A stretch of DNA of 64,000 nucleotides from Candidatus Obscuribacteraceae bacterium (GTDB taxonomy: Bacteria; Cyanobacteriota; Vampirovibrionia; Obscuribacterales; Obscuribacteraceae): the NCBI GenBank assembly GCA_044226015.1, contig JBGAHS010000001.1, forward strand, positions 1,216,001 to 1,280,000. Reading direction: 5' to 3'. Numbering within the stretch: position 1 is the stretch's first letter; every line of letters begins with the position of its first letter. Below the pieces are notes generated by a model. That model was not told where the DNA came from. It did not search any database and saw nothing but the letters and a program-made list of their open reading frames with translations. Positions 59,701 to 64,000 of the stretch are shown here, in pieces. Both the position numbers and the translations under genes were made by a program.

Positions 59701-62680
59701 GAACGCAACATCTCAAGTTGTGTCTGCATTCGACCCATACTTTGACCGTCCGCAATCGATTTCTAACGGCTGGGGACAATACAATTACAAATACTACCCT
59801 TATTACAAGGACGCGTTCTTCAACCCTGATAATGGCTGGACATCAATTGTTGTTGGCGGCATCCCCGAGGTGCCGAACGCGACAGACACCATCAGTATTG
59901 TCTTCTACAGCTCTAACCTCGCGGGAGGACAATATACTTTCAATTACACGGTTCCTGCCGGTGATGTTGGAAACACGAATCAGCTAGCAACGCATCTTTC
60001 AGCTGCTATCGATGCTGATACGACTTTGAACAATGCGGGAATCAATCCTAGCCTCAGCAGTAATTTTGTAATTCGAATTCACAACCAAACTGTGGACCTT
60101 CGGGTGGCACCGACGGCGACTGGCGGAACCATTGTCACCTGTGGCTCAGGCAAGCTGAGCGATGTCACTAACACTGTGATTTCTAACTCGCAAATTTCCT
60201 ACGGGTACGATGGCGAGGGCAGAACTCAAGCCAGGCTCATCAATGGAGGAAACAATCAATCCAGGTGGACCTTCGACGCGATGGGTCGAGTCACCACAGA
60301 GCTCAATCCATTAGGTACCTTCAACTATGCCTACATCGACAACACAGCGGGCTCTTCAAAGGGTGTAAATCGACTCGCCTCGATTACTTACCCGAACAGC
60401 CAGGTTACAAATTTCAGTTGGCTGCCGAACATCGGCGACCAGCGCTTACAACAAATTTCGAATCTAAGTCCGAGCGCGACTACCTTGTCGAAATTTGCCT
60501 ATGCCTACAATTCCGCCGGTGAAATCACGCAATGGCAGCAGCTGCAGAATAGCGTCAATACCCACCTCGGGCTGGCTTATGATAATGCTGGGCAGCTGAT
60601 TACAGCAGTTTCTGATTCGGGCACTCTGTTCAAAGCATACATAGCCGGAACGCCTCACGCAGGCGATGTCGTCTCAGTTACTGCCTATGATGCATCGCTG
60701 ACCGGCACGACGCCGGTTGGCCAAGAGACTGCATCTTATACAGTTGTCGGCGGTGACACATCGGCGACCATCGCCACAAATCTTGCTAGCGCAATTACTT
60801 CCGTGATGGGAACGAATCTGGGTCTGAGCGCATCAGCCAGCGGCAAAGTTATTTCCATAACTACATCAGCTACCCGTGCAACGCAATTCACTTCCGCGGT
60901 CAGCGGAGTTGGTGCCACGGATACCATCATCATGGACCGTGGTCAGCCAAGCGGCAACCGACACAGCCAGCTCTACTATGCCTATGATTGCGCAGGCAAT
61001 CGCACCGGGGTGCAAGGCGACAGCACTGGCAGCTTCGGAGCTGGCGGTCTGAACACAAACGCCACAGCCTATGGCTACAACAACCTGAACGAGCTAACAA
61101 ACTATGCTCCCGGTGGTCCAATCAGATTTGAAGGAAGCACCACGAACCCGATCATTTCTGCGGTGGCAAATGTCACGAAAACGGTCACCGTTACGGGCTC
61201 GGTTACTGCTGGCGACAAATTGACGGTTAGTGTCCATGACCCTGCCATCACAGCCGGAAAGGACATCACCTACACGGTTGTCGGAGGCAACACAACTACC
61301 GATATTGCGACTGGCTTGAAAAATCTAATCAATGCCGACTCTACCCTGTCTTCGCTAGGCATCACTGCCACTTCAAGTGCTAACGTCTTGACCATTACAT
61401 CGACTTCAGCCAACAAGACAATGTACTCGGCGAGCAAGAATACTGGAGCTAGCGAAACACTGACTCTCAACGCCTCAGCCTCGGACACTGCGCTAATCAG
61501 TCCTTCGACTGCATTCAGCTCAAACCCGAAGCTTGCATTGAGTTCGAATACTGTTAAGGTAACGGCTAAGAGTGGCGGCGGCACAGCGGCAACCAATTCG
61601 TATCCAATAAGCATCAACTCGGCGTCATCTGCGACACTGCAATACGACGCGAATGGCAATATGACGAGCGACGGAACAAACACCTACTCCTGGGATGCCG
61701 AAAATAGGCTGATTCAGATTACTTATCCGGGCTCGGGAAATAACACCCAATTTTCGTATGATGCACTTTCGCGCGCAACGAAAATCGAGGAGCGCACTGC
61801 TGGCAGTGTCACTTCGACGAAGCAACACCATTGGGCGGGACTGCAAAAACGTGAGGAGAGAGATGGAGCAGGAACTTTAACAAATGGCAAGCTTTTCTTT
61901 GCAGCTGGAGAAATTAGCTTCGTAAGCGGAGCAGCATCAAATTGCTTTTTCACGCAAGACCATTTGGGCTCAACCAGAGAGTTTACTAGCTCAATCGGAG
62001 GAACTTTTAGCGTTCAAGCTGTCTACGCCTATTCTCCCTATGGGAATGCCGTTAAAGTCGCTGGCAGCAATGACACCAATTTCCAATTCGCAGCGATGTA
62101 CACAAACTTGCGCTCTGGAGTTGTGCTCACTTTAAAGCGCGAATTTTCACCAACATTGGGGCGCTGGCTCAGCCGCGATCCCCTTGGCGAAATAGTATCC
62201 AATAATCTTTTTGATTATGCAGACAACAATCCGGTATTATTTGTTGATGTTTTGGGACTAGCACCGATTACCGGTCCCACCGTAATCGGTCCCGCTTGCC
62301 CCATAAAAGGAAGAGATCCTTGCGCAGATCTACTGGCAAGTATGGCAAGCCGAATTTCTCAAATAAACCATGAAGTTGAATTGATGTATTCGGACCCTGG
62401 AGACTTGTTCCATTTGGCTTATGCTACTCCTAATCCTGCGAAAACTGGACACCGATATACTTATTTCGGACACGCTATGGAAATTGAAAACTACCAAACC
62501 AGTCTTGGTAAAAGTTATAAAAAAGCTGTCGAGATGGGATGTTTAGGCATACCCACGTCTGAAGTAAAACGAGCGCTAAATGCGGAGATTCCTATGATGC
62601 CTGCGGGCGAAACTGAGCTTCACTTGTCTGGAAACGAACTGAAAGCAGTTATGAGAATGCTCAGTGGCGGAAAGAAATAA
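56783..62680 (+). CDS. Large Rhs/YD-repeat toxin body with currently attached tip; appears 5'-truncated
   Basis: Many YD repeats, GRWLSRDPLG..NNPVLFVDVLG; begins in IEDPTF..ETDGYFMIP..W..AKAIWGKG; track residues 56507-56782 are probably the antisense of the neighbouring gene. Confidence 0.9.
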   Translation: MPKIEDPTFDTDGTKWITAAALNSETDGYFMIPSDQMSAAWTLLDADQAKAIWGKGYALLPQQFKTPNCPKSPCTTGCSCPVNGMPKASAFSMNATLNIVDTPLSYSPPIGPDMGVVVNYNYNEAEQPSNFTFTNLGHNWSLNWLSYLTIDSTDPIHRIVKVRVRGGGYEQYTEPFGNRNPYSLAIIAEVNNAGVISWERRMPDGSVEKYERKNAAGDTFFLTQVVDPQNNAAVLSYSSNTVTDPGYFRLASITDACGNSPMTVTYDSNSSTDPGYYKVTSVADGFGRSASFAYSSDKSQLLSITDAVGNQSKFSYQTDTDSTFINLMVTPYGSTGFYRYTPAGATGAVPEGMTFTLPDGSSTRIENWLGELKYTYFWDREASEMYPDDAFNNVYTHCQTTRWLYTPNSVQTSIPSWTRKPLEAPVSYYFPGQTGWNQISGGFVRVQQMSQQLVPIKNTITIGGTITAGNIIKVELDDLGLPEGLTQVSYTVVAGDTTSTIAAGLVQSINNSTPLQAFGITATSVGNVVTVSSLTPNDFDSSKFVNKSGAVTETLTFTTGTNRVQNFTCSGTATAGQVYAITVTDSTLPGGSQTISYTVQTGDSNADIAQALSLGVNANANLQASKISSAWSSAFYIGVGQTPSSTANPVIGVQTNSTSSTTYSGTVNGAASANFSSATSAHGLVKANYNLYTDVGNPNPTAIIDQLGRRLDITYAANDIDVIKVLENAALHSSLVGYWTYGTVPHKPTAAYDSSLQHTLYTYQSNGELATVTDRNGATTTYNYNANSYLSSIDGPLSGNQDVTTFSFYGYGLPSSITDSEGYTLNFSYDGLNRLTSTAFPDGTTEDTRYNRLDAVMMSDRIGRWTQRTYDSMQNLVSEVDPLGRQTKYCWCHCGGLASLTDPAGNTTKWHHDLEGRVIQKEYADGSHYDYVYETTNSRIASISDAIQPTPQSTIFTYNLNDSVAVKRYANAVNATSQVVSAFDPYFDRPQSISNGWGQYNYKYYPYYKDAFFNPDNGWTSIVVGGIPEVPNATDTISIVFYSSNLAGGQYTFNYTVPAGDVGNTNQLATHLSAAIDADTTLNNAGINPSLSSNFVIRIHNQTVDLRVAPTATGGTIVTCGSGKLSDVTNTVISNSQISYGYDGEGRTQARLINGGNNQSRWTFDAMGRVTTELNPLGTFNYAYIDNTAGSSKGVNRLASITYPNSQVTNFSWLPNIGDQRLQQISNLSPSATTLSKFAYAYNSAGEITQWQQLQNSVNTHLGLAYDNAGQLITAVSDSGTLFKAYIAGTPHAGDVVSVTAYDASLTGTTPVGQETASYTVVGGDTSATIATNLASAITSVMGTNLGLSASASGKVISITTSATRATQFTSAVSGVGATDTIIMDRGQPSGNRHSQLYYAYDCAGNRTGVQGDSTGSFGAGGLNTNATAYGYNNLNELTNYAPGGPIRFEGSTTNPIISAVANVTKTVTVTGSVTAGDKLTVSVHDPAITAGKDITYTVVGGNTTTDIATGLKNLINADSTLSSLGITATSSANVLTITSTSANKTMYSASKNTGASETLTLNASASDTALISPSTAFSSNPKLALSSNTVKVTAKSGGGTAATNSYPISINSASSATLQYDANGNMTSDGTNTYSWDAENRLIQITYPGSGNNTQFSYDALSRATKIEERTAGSVTSTKQHHWAGLQKREERDGAGTLTNGKLFFAAGEISFVSGAASNCFFTQDHLGSTREFTSSIGGTFSVQAVYAYSPYGNAVKVAGSNDTNFQFAAMYTNLRSGVVLTLKREFSPTLGRWLSRDPLGEIVSNNLFDYADNNPVLFVDVLGLAPITGPTVIGPACPIKGRDPCADLLASMASRISQINHEVELMYSDPGDLFHLAYATPNPAKTGHRYTYFGHAMEIENYQTSLGKSYKKAVEMGCLGIPTSEVKRALNAEIPMMPAGETELHLSGNELKAVMRMLSGGKK

Positions 62681-63317
62681 ATTGAAAGGACTCGAGGCAA
62701 CTATCGCTCAACTTTACGATTCCTTCGCAGAATATAGGCAAGGAAACATGAATTTGAGCAAGAGGCTCAAAAACATTAGCAACTCCGAAATATATCAGTA
62801 TGCCTCAGATGTGATAAATATTGCGGAGGTGGACGAATATCTGCATTACCTCCCGCGAATTTTGGAGTGTGCTACGGAATCTCAATGGCAGTTAGGGGAC
62901 ATCTTTCAAAATATCGGTATCTGTCTCCATTTTGGAACTGTAAGTTCTGAGCAAATTTCAACTTTGCGAGAATTCTTGCTGGAATGGTGGAGAATTCAAA
63001 TCCAGTCCCCTTGCACGATTACAACAATTTCTCCGATTGCTGAATTCTTGATAGACCTCAACCGAGGATTTGACGATTTAGAATGGCTTCTAGAGGTATG
63101 GACCGCTGAAAATAGCGATAACGCCTTTGCCAATCTTAGTGGAATGATCTATACCGCAGTGATGCATAAGGCATTATTTTCTGAGGAATTGAGCAGGCAA
63201 ATAACTCGATGGTTGAGTTGTGAATCTACTAGAAGTTGGATTGCTTTTGGAATGCAACAATACAGTGGACAGCCGTGGTGTAGCGAGTTAGTAGAAAATC
63301 TCAGCTACATCTCCTAA
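62664..63317 (+). CDS. Putative cognate immunity protein of the attached tip
   Basis: Overlaps the Rhs stop; LYDSFAEY..YLHYLPRILE. Confidence 0.75.
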   Translation: MAERNKLKGLEATIAQLYDSFAEYRQGNMNLSKRLKNISNSEIYQYASDVINIAEVDEYLHYLPRILECATESQWQLGDIFQNIGICLHFGTVSSEQISTLREFLLEWWRIQIQSPCTITTISPIAEFLIDLNRGFDDLEWLLEVWTAENSDNAFANLSGMIYTAVMHKALFSEELSRQITRWLSCESTRSWIAFGMQQYSGQPWCSELVENLSYIS

Positions 63318-63435
63318 TGAAGCAGGGGGTGGGTTGGCGAGTTTAATTGTGGAAACTGGGGACTAACGACGATGCAAACTCACACTTTAAGAATTCCCGT
63401 GTGCGGAGGAAATAGGCGCGACGACATCCAGCACA

Positions 63436-63886
63436 CTCTTGTAGCAAAGCTTCAGAGATTTTTTGCTTATCACTGTTGACTATAGGCATGCTATGCGTGT
63501 TTCAAAAGTCGTCGAATTGCGTCTGCGTACGCAAGGATCAAAGAACTATAGACTGAACGAGGAAGAAATGATTTCCATGCTCTAGTAATAGAGTAATAGA
63601 CAAGGTTTGTTAGGACAACCTGAAAGAACCGAGGATGCGGCTACGCGCAAAAAAAATAATTGTGTTTGAGGCGTATCTGCAAAGCAGCAGACTAAGCTGA
63701 ATTAAGAATTAAAAGTGATCAGACACCTAAGGAACCTGCAAGATAACAGTCAAGCACCCGCTAGCACCAGATCATTTTTCTTTTGCAGCACGGCACATGT
63801 TCCGACTTTTGCTTAGTGCATTGACCTCATTTCATCAGCGAGATCAAGTCCTCACGCACTGGAAACATCACCCAATTTTCGTATGA
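63436..63886 (+). repeat. 451-bp inverted repeat, right copy; contains a tyrosine recombinase remnant at 63448-63525
   Basis: SFRDFLLITVDYRHAMRVSKVVELR; ends in the 26-bp site. Confidence 0.93.
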
Positions 63887-64000
63887 CGGCTTCGGAAAGT
63901 GCATCAAAATTGTAGAGACGACCGCCGGGTCCGTAACGAGTACTAAAAGCTTCGTCTTTCGGGGCAAGGGGAGGTGCGAAGCTCGTGATGCGTCCGGGAA
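63861..64000 (+). CDS. Rhs cassette 15, first of a right-hand arm, runs off the window
   Basis: GNITQFSYDGFGKCIKIVETTAGSVTSTKSFVFRGKGRCEARDASG. Confidence 0.85.

Larger units (their letters stand above)
23445..63886. repeat. Dispersed 26-bp cassette-boundary site GGAAACATCACCCAATTTTCGTATGA, 16 copies
   Basis: Minus-strand copies with left coordinates 23445, 25229, 27197, 29798, 31602, 33374, 37591, 45333, 46941, ~48273 (degenerate), 50359, 51929, 54131, 55658; plus-strand copies at 61736 (inside the body gene) and 63861. Confidence 0.95.

Noticed and set aside
63848..63870. PHAL(K)H-like recombinase box II overlapping the site in the inverted repeat
   Set aside because: Needs a frameshift, is very short, and is not shared by other cassettes; likely chance

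Overview
Bacterial genomic window with two very different halves. 1-21.6 kb is ordinary transport and housekeeping DNA: cstA, a CzcB/CzcA-like heavy-metal RND pair, a sirtuin, two tandem secreted Cys-rich mini-proteins behind CsoR/RcnR-like G/C-tract operators, and a TolC + two RND permeases + MFP operon. 21.7-64 kb is a large Rhs polymorphic-toxin locus. It has one long, apparently 5'-truncated Rhs body gene on + (56.8-62.7 kb), 14 silent Rhs-core+tip/partner cassettes on - to its left, and a further cassette starting on + at the right edge, so all cassettes point away from the body. Every cassette starts at the same in-frame 26-bp site (GGAAACATCACCCAATTTTCGTATGA), whose 18-bp core is invariant in 15 of 16 copies and also lies inside the body gene. 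Pairwise homologies between cassettes switch at this site. Inversion between the body site and any left-arm site would fuse a new tip in frame, so the best candidate for a new system is a shufflon-like, site-specific Rhs tip-switching locus (inference; the recombinase is not identified). Decayed FimB-like tyrosine recombinase remnants sit in cassette leaders. The array also carries an intact RIT element inserted in an IS21 relic, plus group II intron RT, IS66 and toxin-antitoxin debris. All family assignments are from motif recognition by eye; no searches were run.
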